DNA of 60,871 nt, counting the filler, from Vannella sp. (Eukaryota), in the NCBI GenBank assembly GCA_023345925.1. It is 5 parts of 5 records of this genome, joined end to end, with 100 filler letters (N's around TTAATTAATTAA, not from the genome) between each part and the next. Parts side by side here need not be neighbours in the genome. Positions count along the whole stretch, not along the records: positions 18,792 to 27,063 come from JAJQQN010001276.1; positions 27,164 to 49,953 come from JAJQQN010001436.1; 3 more parts are not named here. One strand, 5' to 3'. The first letter of the stretch is position 1. Each line of letters opens with the position of its first letter. Positions 22,301 through 32,461 of this stretch are shown piece by piece. Position numbers and translations under genes: made by a program. Below the pieces are notes generated by a model, which saw only the letters and a program-made list of their open reading frames with translations, searched no databases and was not told the DNA's origin.

Positions 22301-23820
22301 AATTGCTCATAGGAGTTTTGTTCAAAGTTCTCGAACCCAAAGATATCCAAAATACCAATGTAGTTCTTACTAGAAGATCCTCCGTAAGTTGTTTCGTTGA
22401 TAATTCCAACTAACCAGTGGAATAGCTGACTGTAAAGGCTCTTTGCAAGGGTATTGGTAACAGCCAATGCTTGATCTCTGGTCAAAGGCTTCTCAATCGT
22501 TTCGGTTCGCATGCAAAGGCGTACATGCGTAAGAGAGTGGAAGAGATTATCGGCGCCAATACCTAAGAGATCTGAACAGTTTTTGAGCGCTTCCTTGGCC
22601 TGCTCAGTACTTTCCAAGCGAATTGGCATGGTTGTAGTATAGTCGAGGTTTCCCAGATATAGGACAGCCGATAGGATGCAAAATAAATGGTCAATCATCG
22701 TTTCAGATATACCAAACAGACGTAGAGCCACGTTGAAGTGAACAAAATCCTCCTTTTCATCCACCCCATCGAGATGAATGACTGTGGATGCCAAGTACCT
22801 GTAGTCCTTGGCCATTTTGATGCGATAGCGCTCTCTAAACTCCTTCGTACATCCTTCTGTCATCTGATAGAACACATGGAAGTTCCTCTCGCCTGCTGGT
22901 TGATGCGAAACGCGCGACTTTTCGAGGAGATACGCTTTGATCTTGGACCCGCAGATGGTGAAGTGCTTATTAAAGTCTACTTGAATGAACTTTCCCTGTT
23001 TCCAAGTGAGTGAAAGCTCTCTCAAACCAGTCACGAGGCTTACAAAGCGAGAGGAGTTGTTGTTGTTCGAGGTTTTAGCGTTCCCAAGCGCCTCCAGGAT
23101 GGGGATGGACTCAAGCATGCGTGTTTCAATCGAACACTCGCTCTTACTACTAATCCCAGTGCGATCCACAAGGTACTGGAGGATGAGCTTGGTAGACTCT
23201 GTCTTTCCCGCTCCAGACTCGCCGCTTCACCCCTGATCAGCAATTTGAGACGCACTTAGGATAGTGAACGCACCAGATGAGAATAGATTGGTCCTTGAAG
23301 TTGTTCTTCATGTTGGTGTACGCACGCTCAGCGATCGAGAAGATATGAGGAGGCGTACCACTGCTGTTGCCAATGTAGTACTTCACGTGGTCTGCACTGT
23401 ACAAGTTTAGGTTCTGGAAGGGGTTGATAGCCACTAATATGCCTCCTGTGAAGGTCTAGAGGAAGTGAGTCTCGAGAACAAGGGGAACGGCCAGAAGTGA
23501 CTCACGTAGATCTGCCGGCTCATGTAACGTTCTTTGAGGTTGCTAAGCACCATCTCCTCTTCCATACGCTCCATATTGATCATGTCCTCAAAGCCCACAG
23601 GCTCCTGTAGTAACAGATCTTCACTCTCCTCGAAAGAAGTCTGGTCGAGGCGCATCAAGTTCGCCAAGGACTTATTGTAGAAAGAGTCGAGAAGGACGCG
23701 ATCATCCCCATCTTTGGAATACAACCGCTTGTCAGAGAGGTTGACCTCCCGCTCATCCTTCCCTTTCGGGCGCTTCATCTTCGCTCGTGAAGTCATCACC
23801 AGAATGGCCTTCTTTTGCAT
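19303..23820 (-). CDS. Unconventional myosin: motor, 3 IQ motifs, charged helix, TerD-like and C2 domains
   Basis: AINPFQ, PPHIFSIAERAY, CGESGAGKTE (after splicing 23225-23273), LEALGNAKT..NNNSSRFGK, LLEKSR, LDIFGFE, FVRCIKPN, then IQ motifs and the tail domains. The start codon is uncertain (23838, 23820, 23796 or 23778). Confidence 0.93.
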
Positions 23821-23888
23821 CAAGCGAAAATCCAACATTTTCGTCCCAAATTGACCGCAATTAGGAATTAGGGACCATAATGAACAAA

Positions 23889-23916
23889 GGTCACGTGACC
23901 TAAATGGAGCCAATCA
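23889..23916. promoter_or_regulatory. Palindromic E-box GGTCACGTGACC plus CCAAT box in a divergent promoter
   Basis: 12-bp perfect palindrome followed by GAGCCAATCAG, between the myosin and BAH-like gene starts. Confidence 0.5.
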
Positions 23917-23974
23917 GGAAAGCCGGCGGGAAGGGAAACTGTTCAGCCATTATTTTCTGCCAAGACAGGCTGAC

Positions 23975-24613
23975 ATGGTGAAGAGGGGACGAGAGTTGAT
24001 TACTCAAGACACCGAAAAGGAGGCGTGCGCGCCTGATCTTTGGGAAACACAAGGGAGCACTCGTGCAGTGAAGAAACAACGATACACTGTCTTACCTGGC
24101 TCTGTGATGAGGGCCGAAGGCAATCACAACCACCCAATCCAACATGTAGACAAAGATACAGCTTTGAGGATCTTCAATGAGCTACGAGGAGAAGAAGGTG
24201 CATTGGAATCAACACCTTCAGTACTCCTAAGCGACCAGAATGTTCTCCAAATCCAACGAGCCAAGCTCCTCAGTTGCCCCTCCTCGTTTGGCGGCAGCAA
24301 GGTCGCTTACCTTGGGCGCATCTTCCTTCGTCCTGAATGTATGTCGAACATGGATACAAGCCTCTCTTTTGTACACGCAGAGGTGCTTGAAACAGACATC
24401 CACTGCGTTGTAATGGAATGCGAGGTAAAGCGAGACGTCTTCCTCCATCATCCCAACGGCTTGCTTGCTGGACCAGTACCAACGTTCCTCCCCTCTTCTC
24501 CGTTCCTTCAACGTGGTGGAACAGCCTCAAAGAACACCTTCCTTTGCAGGTATCGAGTCGTCTCTCAAACAGGGGCGATAGAACCTATCTGCCCTCCCTC
24601 TGAAGGAGAATAA
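23975..24613 (+). CDS. Hypothetical protein with a BAH-like domain
   Basis: Intronless 212-aa ORF. GRIFLRPE...EVLETD...NTFLCRYRV resembles the BAH pattern (WF.RPEE, ELF.SD, FFCRY). Confidence 0.5.
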   Translation: MVKRGRELITQDTEKEACAPDLWETQGSTRAVKKQRYTVLPGSVMRAEGNHNHPIQHVDKDTALRIFNELRGEEGALESTPSVLLSDQNVLQIQRAKLLSCPSSFGGSKVAYLGRIFLRPECMSNMDTSLSFVHAEVLETDIHCVVMECEVKRDVFLHHPNGLLAGPVPTFLPSSPFLQRGGTASKNTFLCRYRVVSQTGAIEPICPPSEGE

Positions 24614-24655
24614 ACGAGTCTAATGAGTCGCTGGTGAAGCACAGGGTGTAGCTCT

Positions 24656-24868
24656 TTATGAGTAGTACTTCAGGCCAAGGTAGATGGAGATGCCTACACC
24701 AACAATGACGCCAGAAAGGAGACCGAATTTGGTGGCGTCACCCGTTACCATCTCGGATAACTCCTTGTCCGTGGGTTGTTCGTCAGGGAACTGGTCCTCA
24801 TAATCCTCGTCGTTGTACCCTTCTGCTTCCTCTGGCGCGATCTCTTCTGGTTTAGGATCTCCAGGCAT
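24656..24868 (-). CDS. Small acidic tail-anchored membrane protein
   Basis: MPGDPKPEE, an acidic stretch, then a single C-terminal TM segment FGLLSGVIVGVGISIYLGL followed by KYYS*. Confidence 0.6.
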   Translation of the reverse strand: MPGDPKPEEIAPEEAEGYNDEDYEDQFPDEQPTDKELSEMVTGDATKFGLLSGVIVGVGISIYLGLKYYS

Positions 24869-25169
24869 CTTCCACAAGCAACGCCACCAAAGAATGGTTC
24901 CTTTTCACGGTGCCATTTTTATTTAGCTTTTGGTTTTCAATTTAAACGTCTATTGGTGACGAAAGTGAGTCCTCAACGGTTTGGACCAATGGGGATGCTC
25001 ATTCGACCACTCACTGTGGCTGTTTGGACCACCTTCCGTTCTGTTGAACACGGAAAGGTGGCAAGCCCTCATCTTCTCTTTTGGTGTAGACTGCTATCAC
25101 TTTGCAGGGATGGTTATTGCTTCTTGAGAAAATCCACGAGTCGGTCGACAGCTTGGGCAACCAGGGGAG

Positions 25170-25277
25170 GAACTCGTATTGGCGTTGCTTGCCCTGATGA
25201 CCTCCATCTCTTCAGGATAAGCTTTTGGACTGATTTCATTTTTTTTACTTTTTGGATGTTTGAGGACCCAAACAAGG
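25170..25277 (-). repeat. Dispersed repeat, copy B
   Basis: Reverse complement reads CCTTGTTTGGGTCCTCAAACATCCAAAAAGTAAAAAAAATGAAATCAGTCCAAAAGCTTATCCTGAAGAGATGGAGGTCATC, which bridges copies A and C. Confidence 0.85.
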
Positions 25278-25407
25278 CCACTCATGACTTCTCTCATTGT
25301 TGCTAAGCAATAACCATCTCTGATCGTATCGGTATTCGTTGATTCTTGAAGCACTTTTCTAAAGAGGCCAGGCGTGGTTCAGGGCGGAGATTTTCGACAT
25401 TCTCTGG

Positions 25408-26313
25408 ATGCCACCTGTTTGCCAACAATGGCTGTCGCGGGGAGATGAAAACGTCGCGACATTGAGAGTGGTTCAATTTAACACACTGGCAGGGAGTCTC
25501 TGTACTGCTCAGTCTTTTCCCTTCTCTGAGGGAGCTGCCCTTGAATGGGACGTGCGGAAACATCGGCTGTTGGACACCATCTTCGGCCTGGATCCCGATT
25601 TGATTTGCTTAGAAGAGGTAGATGAAGATAGCTATCATAACTGCTTCCATCCAGCGCTCCTCTCGCGAGGGTTCTCCTCCCAATTCGAGAAGAAGAAGTC
25701 GGCGAACAGTGCTGATGGCTGTGTGGTCGCTTGGCGTTCGACTATGTTCGCATGTAACATCAAAGACATTGTCGTTCATCGTTTTAAGGATGCCAATCAG
25801 CTGGCATTGATCGTGCCCCTCCTCCATATCGCATCCAACCAGACCTTATGGCTGACGGCCACTCACTTGAAGGCTAAACGAGGGTTTGAAGAGACTAGAA
25901 CGAATCAGGCGAAGGAGCTGATCCAGGCGCTCCGTGCCAGGTCACCAAAGGACCTCGTGATCCTTTGCGGAGACTTTAATGATGAGCCAAGCTCGCAGTG
26001 CTACTCTTACATCAACTCGCAAGAGCTTGTTCCTCTTCACAGTTGCTACGCGCGTTATCACGAGTGGAGGGACCCACAACTCTCTTCGACTGGAGTTAGT
26101 CTTGAAGAAGCTCCTTATACCACTTACAAGCAAAGGGACCCGTTGGAGATTACTTGTAGGACGATTGACTACATTTGGGCTGATCCAAGGCTCATGGTTC
26201 GGTCCCTAGTGAGCTTACCTGAGCCCCTACCGGAAGTTCCTTTCCCTTCTGTGGACTATCCTTCAGACCATTTACTCATTGGAGCTATCTTAAGCTTCCA
26301 GAGCACTATCTAG
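25408..26313 (+). CDS. NOCT: Nocturnin/CCR4-like EEP phosphatase
   Basis: VVQFNTLA, DLICLEEVD, DGC, THLKAK, CGDFND, TIDYIW, YPSDH. Confidence 0.85.
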   Translation: MPPVCQQWLSRGDENVATLRVVQFNTLAGSLCTAQSFPFSEGAALEWDVRKHRLLDTIFGLDPDLICLEEVDEDSYHNCFHPALLSRGFSSQFEKKKSANSADGCVVAWRSTMFACNIKDIVVHRFKDANQLALIVPLLHIASNQTLWLTATHLKAKRGFEETRTNQAKELIQALRARSPKDLVILCGDFNDEPSSQCYSYINSQELVPLHSCYARYHEWRDPQLSSTGVSLEEAPYTTYKQRDPLEITCRTIDYIWADPRLMVRSLVSLPEPLPEVPFPSVDYPSDHLLIGAILSFQSTI

Positions 26314-26637
26314 AATAGGTTCTCTTCAACGCCGCCTGGTGTTCTAAATCCATTAAGTCGCGTCAACCTTGTTTTGGCGCTTGTGAGCTCCATTGTGGGG
26401 CCTGGTGGAGGCCGTCAGATGCCTTTGCTCTCCTAGACCCTACAGTCGTGTTTATTCACTTTTCTCAAACAGGAAGAGAGCTGGGACTGGAACTCTTGTG
26501 GAAGGAGAGAAACGGAGAGACATTGAGCTTCATCTTCAAGCCAGGTCTCCGTATCAGGCAAAAGAATGGGAAACAAATCGTCAAGTTGCCGGAGCGTGTC
26601 CATATCTGTGGAGGAAAGCGTTGCATCTTTGGGGCTG

Positions 26638-26991
26638 TCAGCTCGCCCAGAACTCTTTCTCCACTGAATTGAGAAACGAAGGATCCATCTGCTGTGGGAG
26701 TTTCGGAGGAACGCATGATGTGAATGAGCTTTGTGAATGCACACCCTTTTCACACCAGAGGATGGAGTACGATCTCCTGGTGGGGAAGATGCGAACGTTG
26801 AAGATCCACACTTTCACTGCAGGTGATGGTTTCTTTGTACGAGAGCGGGTGTTAAGCTTGATAAGCGTGGCTTCTTTGTCTGCATGTGTGGTAACAATCA
26901 CTTTCTTTGCGCGGCTTTGGTTCCAGATCCAGAAGATATCACGAGGAAGATGAGTGGTAGTCAGTGATCCGTTGTGGATGCTTAAGTGATC
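26638..26991 (-). CDS. Hypothetical protein, WxWNQ...WCEKG family (paralogue 2); 5' end cut by contig gap
   Basis: Open exon after a TAG acceptor: DHLSIHNGSLTTTHLPRDIFWIWNQSRAKK...KLNTRSRTKKPSPAVKVWIFNVR...SILWCEKG. The 3' end may be spliced further. Confidence 0.65.
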   Translation of the reverse strand, partial: DHLSIHNGSLTTTHLPRDIFWIWNQSRAKKVIVTTHADKEATLIKLNTRSRTKKPSPAVKVWIFNVRIFPTRRSYSILWCEKGVHSQSSFTSCVPPKLPQQMDPSFLNSVEKEFWAS

Positions 26992-27063
26992 CTATCTCAG
27001 TAGATCGGGTACGCTAGGGAGCTCTTCCATCCGTGTAACAGAAAGGCACGACAAAGCCTTTTC

Positions 27064-27163
27064 NNNNNNNNNNNNNNNNNNNNNNNNNNNNNNNNNNNNN
27101 NNNNNNNTTAATTAATTAANNNNNNNNNNNNNNNNNNNNNNNNNNNNNNNNNNNNNNNNNNNN
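27064..27163. other. Assembly spacer (contig join)
   Basis: N44-TTAATTAATTAA-N44. Confidence 0.98.
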
Positions 27164-27363
27164 ATTGGTAAAGGTCCCGATCGAATTTAGAGATACTTTT
27201 CAACCATGGCCAGGGGACGTGGTTGATCTGGGCCGTGAACTTTCTCTTGACTGCTCAGTATTAACAAAGATGATAATAATGACAAACGCTACACCTTGTT
27301 ATAAAATGATTTATAACAAGAACGTCTTCTAATCATTTGGCCTTCCCCAAGGAGGACCGGGAC

Positions 27364-28897
27364 ATGTCCACCAGCGAGCTCTTGAGTGTGGGGAGCGGGC
27401 GCTCGCATAACATTTTGATGGTCTCTGACTTCTTCTATCCGAACATGGGTGGTGTGGAGATGCATCTGTACCAGCTGTCGCAGTGCCTGATTGCTAGGGG
27501 CAACAAGGTGGTGATCGTCACCCATTTTTACGGGAACCGGAAGGGTGTGCGCTGGATGACGAACGGGCTGAAGGTTTACTACATTCCCCTCATGCCCTTT
27601 TATAATGGGAGCACGTTCCCCTTCTGCTCGCTGTTCTGGATGCCTCTCATCCGAACTATCATCGTCCGCGAACAGATTGACATCATTCACTGCCATCAAG
27701 CCTTCTCTACCATGGCCCACGAGACACTACAAGTTACTTCTATCATGGGATACAAGACATGCTTCACAGATCACTCGCTGTTCGGGTTTGCGGACGCCAG
27801 CTCGATCCATATGAACAAGCTCCTCAAGTACTCCCTCTCTGCCGTCAGCCACGTCATCTGCGTCTCCAACACCAGCAAAGAGAACACCGTTCTCCGTGCA
27901 GCTCTTGATCCCCAGTCTGTCAGCGTCATCCCCAACGCAGTCGATTGTACCAGCTTCTATCCCGACCCGAGCAAGCGCAACCCTGACAAGAGTACGCCCC
28001 AAGACCCAAAAGAGTGTGCTTTCACTTACTCTTAGCTAGTTACCATTGTTGTAGTGAGCCGACTGGTCTACAGGAAAGGAATTGACTTGTTAATTGATGT
28101 GATTCCCGGCTTGTGCCGGAAATATCCAAATCTTGAGTTCCTTATTGGCGGAGACGGCCCCAAGATTGTTGATTTGGAAGAAATGCGAGAAAAGCATCAA
28201 CTTCATGATCGTGTGATCCTCCTGGGGTCCATTCCTCACCACCAAGTCAGAGATGTGAGACACTCTTGAGTATTCTGTGCCCCGCTGATGGGTTGGGCGA
28301 CTGTCAGGTTGTGGTTAGGGGTCAGATATTTCTTAATTGTTCACTTACAGAGGCGTTCTGCATTGCCATTGTGGAGGCGGCCAGTTGTGGATTGCAAATT
28401 GTCAGTACCAAAGTTGGTGGAGTTCCTGAGGTCCTTCCCAACCACATGATTATCTTCGCAGAGCCCAATGCAGAAGGTGAGCTGCCGTCCTGCCTCCGGA
28501 CTTGGTGCCAAAGTCTGATTTTTTGGCAGATCTTCTTCGGGCTGTCGATGAAGCCATTCCATTATCAGCAGACGTGCAGCCTTTCAAGTTCCATGAAGAA
28601 GTAAAGCAGATGTACGACTGGCGCACTGTAGCAGAACGCACTGAGATCGTGTACGACACAATTGCCGAAACAGAGACCGAACCTCTCCTCAGGCGCTTCA
28701 GCCGCTATTACTCCTGTGGCGCATTGGCGGGCAAGATCTTCTGCTTTCTCATTTCCATGTTCTTCCTTTGGTGGACCTTCATTGATTGGTGGTATCCACA
28801 AGAGGAAATCGACCTCGCAGTTACATTTCCCCATGCGGAATATCGGAAAAGCCGCTCTAATCAACAGATTTCGACCACCACTACACCCATCCGATAA
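27364..28897 (+). CDS. PIGA: Phosphatidylinositol N-acetylglucosaminyltransferase subunit A (4 exons)
   Basis: [74 protein letters not shown], and a C-terminal TM segment. Confidence 0.96.
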
Positions 28898-28993
28898 ATT
28901 ATATGTAGTGGAATAAAATGATTGGTTCCCATCTTGGGTTAAGGTCCCTTTTTGCGGCCGCTTCTCTCTCCTCCTCGTTTTGGTGTTATTTCT

Positions 28994-31399
28994 ATGTTTG
29001 CGGGTGGTGTTGGTCGTATCTTCACTGAGTTTGATAGCTTTCTTGATGTGTCTTTCAAGCCTAGGATAGGTGGAGATCCGGGGGACGAGAAAGGGAAGAA
29101 GAAGAAGAACAAGAAGCTCTTCAACCTCATCGAGAACTTCTTCGAGGAAACTTCCTGCCTCCTCAACATCGACCGCAAGGAGTATGAGAAGGGGTGTCTC
29201 CCGTGGAGTTTGATCTTCTACAATCGTATGCTCTCTGCTCAGACGCTCTTAGCTCCAGAGAAACTCTCCCTTTACAGCGAAGCCTTCCGAGCCTACCTGG
29301 ACTATCATACCTCTGCAAGCAACAAGAGGAGGGTCAAGGCTAGTGCCAAGAAGAAAGGACACTACCTAAATAGCTGTAGATCGCTTCTAGGGCATCTCCA
29401 CTCTCATCAAGTCGATCCTGATTCAGTTCTTGTCGGCCTATCTCCTTCCGTCGCCATTAGCAACCGCTTTCAAGAGTGGTACGCTTCTAATGGTGGAGAA
29501 CGTCATACCAACGAGGCAAAAGCTCTTGAAACAAGCCAACCAGCTCACCCCCTCGACCTATATTTCTTCAACTATCCCGCCAGACGTGGGGATCTAGTCG
29601 TAGCGCGCCTCAATGAGTCATATGATCGTACGATCAGAACCAAAGGAGGTCTACAGGTGGAAGTAGAGGAAGAACCCCCCATCGTCGTAGCTCGCATCTG
29701 CGATGCAGTCCAGTGCAACAAGAACACGTTCCTTGAACTCTTTATAGCCCCCAAAGAAGAGTCTAGCATTACACTCCCCCTCTCCAGTGTAGTACCCCTC
29801 CGCCACCTCATCCCTCCTGGAGACTCTTGGATGGGGAAGGTGCAACTGATGCGGGAGATGGTTGCTGACCCCTACGACGACTTCCTCGCCACAGTAGAGA
29901 TCAAAATGGTCCATAAGCTGACCCAGATGCTCAAAACACACGATGTCCCAGCTTCTGACCTGCACAAAGCCTTGAAAGCGCAACCCGTCTCCTTCTTGTA
30001 CTTCCACGCACTTCGCAATGCTGAGCCCATCATTGCTGATATAGCTTCTCCTGAGACGGAGAACAGTCTCAGGGGTCAATTCATCACTGAGTGGGAAGCC
30101 ACCTCAAAGCAGGAGTTGGAGGCATTCATGGAAGCTATTAACAGTCAGGATGGAAGCACAAACAAGCTCTTCATGCCCACATGTGAGCAAGATCTAATGC
30201 GCCTGAATCGGCTGAACTTCAACACTATCGCACAGGATTTCCTCCGAAACTTTAGTGTCTCCATCCAGGGTGCCCTTAAGGCTTTGGATAAGGAGCGAGG
30301 GGAGCTGATGAATGGAAATTTGAAGAATCAACTCTCCAAGTGGTGGCTGATGCTTATTAAGAGTAGGTTCGAGCAGGTTCTAAGCGGCACTTCGTATGAT
30401 GCGACCTGCTGGAACGAAGACTCTTACATCGATGCTCCTCCTGCCAACGCTGAGGGTGTGAGAGCCAATCTAGTAGTGATACAAAAGCTTATTGATAATG
30501 GCGATGAGATGCACAAGCAAGTAGAGGAGGTTACAGAAGAAATCAAAAGGGAAGTTTACCCAGTGATTGATGACTTTATCATGAAAGCGCACGTCATTCT
30601 GTCGTATGAGATTCTCAAAATCCCCCTCTCTTCCGCCTATGATCCCAAAAGCTTTGACCTTGCCAATGTCTTTGAGACTTTCGAGGCTAAGAAAGAGAGC
30701 ATCCGCGCAGCACCCAACGGGCAGGATGGTGACAAGCTGGTCATGCAATACGATGGGCTGATGAAAGACTTAAAGTACTTGGTGGAGATGAAGGATCTGG
30801 AGTACAAGACAGAAGTTGCTCGTGACAGTAAGGCAGGCGGAGCCAAACTTTCTTTGTCCTATGCTGTTCCTCTTAGTGGACTTGTTCTGGGTTGCTTCCT
30901 GCGACTCGAGAACATTCTGAAAACTGTGATAGAGCTTTGGGTCCCTAAAAACGCCCCTCCAGCACCTGAGAAGGTGGAACCTGCCGTTCCAGAAACAAAG
31001 TCAGAGAGGAACCCAGTTTCGGATCCTGCAGCACGCCCCAGTAGAGTCAAGTCACAAAAGCACCGCCCAACAGACCCTAATGGGAGCCGCTTCGGAACGG
31101 CTGCTCCTTCCAGAAGTCAGAAGATAGCATCGACCCTCCGTATGTCCATCGCCGAACGGAAGGAGCCAGTGCCTTCCATCCCAGAGGAAGCTCCACTCGT
31201 ATCCACCAAGAATGCAGTTTCCGATGCATCTGCTCGTCCCACAAAAAAGAGCAAAGCCGTCCACAGAGGGTCAGACCAGTTCAGCAAGGCCGTCCCTACT
31301 CGCAACAAGATTGCTTCCACTCTTCGCCTTTCCGAGAGGAGGACGACGACTTCAGGTGCCTCTCACAGAGACGATGTAGATCTGAATTTCATACCATAA
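28994..31399 (+). CDS. Large hypothetical protein (about 800 aa) with a basic repeated C-terminal tail
   Basis: Intronless long ORF from the first ATG (MFAGG), with helical composition and no recognisable family. Confidence 0.75.
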   Translation: MFAGGVGRIFTEFDSFLDVSFKPRIGGDPGDEKGKKKKNKKLFNLIENFFEETSCLLNIDRKEYEKGCLPWSLIFYNRMLSAQTLLAPEKLSLYSEAFRAYLDYHTSASNKRRVKASAKKKGHYLNSCRSLLGHLHSHQVDPDSVLVGLSPSVAISNRFQEWYASNGGERHTNEAKALETSQPAHPLDLYFFNYPARRGDLVVARLNESYDRTIRTKGGLQVEVEEEPPIVVARICDAVQCNKNTFLELFIAPKEESSITLPLSSVVPLRHLIPPGDSWMGKVQLMREMVADPYDDFLATVEIKMVHKLTQMLKTHDVPASDLHKALKAQPVSFLYFHALRNAEPIIADIASPETENSLRGQFITEWEATSKQELEAFMEAINSQDGSTNKLFMPTCEQDLMRLNRLNFNTIAQDFLRNFSVSIQGALKALDKERGELMNGNLKNQLSKWWLMLIKSRFEQVLSGTSYDATCWNEDSYIDAPPANAEGVRANLVVIQKLIDNGDEMHKQVEEVTEEIKREVYPVIDDFIMKAHVILSYEILKIPLSSAYDPKSFDLANVFETFEAKKESIRAAPNGQDGDKLVMQYDGLMKDLKYLVEMKDLEYKTEVARDSKAGGAKLSLSYAVPLSGLVLGCFLRLENILKTVIELWVPKNAPPAPEKVEPAVPETKSERNPVSDPAARPSRVKSQKHRPTDPNGSRFGTAAPSRSQKIASTLRMSIAERKEPVPSIPEEAPLVSTKNAVSDASARPTKKSKAVHRGSDQFSKAVPTRNKIASTLRLSERRTTTSGASHRDDVDLNFIP

Positions 31400-31448
31400 A
31401 TAGTCATTTGCGCTCCTTCTCCTGCTCGCTCCCCGCTCTAAGTGCCTC

Positions 31449-31766
31449 ATGAAGAAGTTCTTTGTCAAGAGGGTGGAGGTTAAGCCTTCCACAAGCACTC
31501 AGAAGAAGGAGACAGTTACTAGAGTGACAAACTATGCTCCTGCTCCCATGTCAAGGACAGTGAAGCTTCCTTTCTGCAAGTGCAGTGAGGACGACTTGGA
31601 CCTTGTCGAGGACGAGTGCGACAGTACCCGTGGGTGCGGCAAGCCTCTCTCCTTCTGCGGAGAATGCTTCAAATTGATCAAACTCAAGGACATCGATCAA
31701 TGTTCATGCGCCAACACTCAAAAGAAACTCGAGAATGCCAAACAAGGCCTTTATGACTCCATGTAA
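31449..31766 (+). CDS. Small Cys-rich putative zinc-binding protein
   Basis: 105-aa ORF with CKC...C-x4-CGKPLSFCGEC...CSC and a TCATTT element upstream. Confidence 0.6.
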   Translation: MKKFFVKRVEVKPSTSTQKKETVTRVTNYAPAPMSRTVKLPFCKCSEDDLDLVEDECDSTRGCGKPLSFCGECFKLIKLKDIDQCSCANTQKKLENAKQGLYDSM

Positions 31767-31856
31767 TAATCGCTCCCATACCATTGTAATTAGATTTAAT
31801 TGCTTGTTTCAATTCTTTGGACGTTTTGCTTCATTTTCATAACGCCCAGAGCGAGG

Positions 31857-32461
31857 ATGGCGCCCGTGCGTTCAGACGTTCAGTTGAGGGAGCAGACGGG
31901 GCGCAGTTACAGCTATGATGTCAAGTCACATACAACTCTGGCCGATCTGAAGAAGGTAGGAGGATGGCGGTGAGGGAAGAGAGGCTAAATGGGGAGAAAG
32001 CGAGTGGAAGAGGAGACGGGGATCCCCTCTGAGCATATTCAGATTCGCCATCAGGGTGGGTGACCTGCAATGAAGGGATGGAGCTGTAGAGTAACAGTTG
32101 GGAAGGTGTGGATCTGAAGGGAGATGACCAGCTGCTGTTGGAAAGGTTGCAAGAGTTGGACTCTTCCCTACTGGTTCCCCCAAGCCGCAAAGAGTTCAAC
32201 AAAGCTGTAGTGATGGAGGAAGAAGCTCCATTCGTGGATTTGGATGTTATCTATGACCTTGGAGGAGGCTGTCTTCATGTTTACCGATGGAGGTGCTTCT
32301 TCTTCTTCCTCGTAGAGTTTGACCTCGCCAATGGCTGTACCGAGTGTGGTATATGCGCGAACAAGATGTACTGCCGCTGCAAGGACGACGGCTGCGAAGT
32401 CAACCTTTGCTGCGAAGCCACCAACTGCGAATGTTGCGTGGGAAAGTGCGTCATCTTGTAG
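31857..32461 (+). CDS. Ubiquitin-like domain fused to a Cys-rich peptide ending in CAAX
   Basis: Removing introns 31956-32000 and 32056-32105 gives ..VQLREQTGRSYSYDVKSHTTLADLKKRVEEETGIPSEHIQIRHQGVDLKGDDQLL...VDLDVIYDLGGG-C...CECCVGKCVIL*. Confidence 0.8.

Noticed and set aside
32280..32314. Possible intron at the TTC-repeat/CGTAG stretch in the UBL-CAAX gene
   Set aside because: No donor in a compatible phase gives an open frame, and the unspliced frame reads through to the CAAX.
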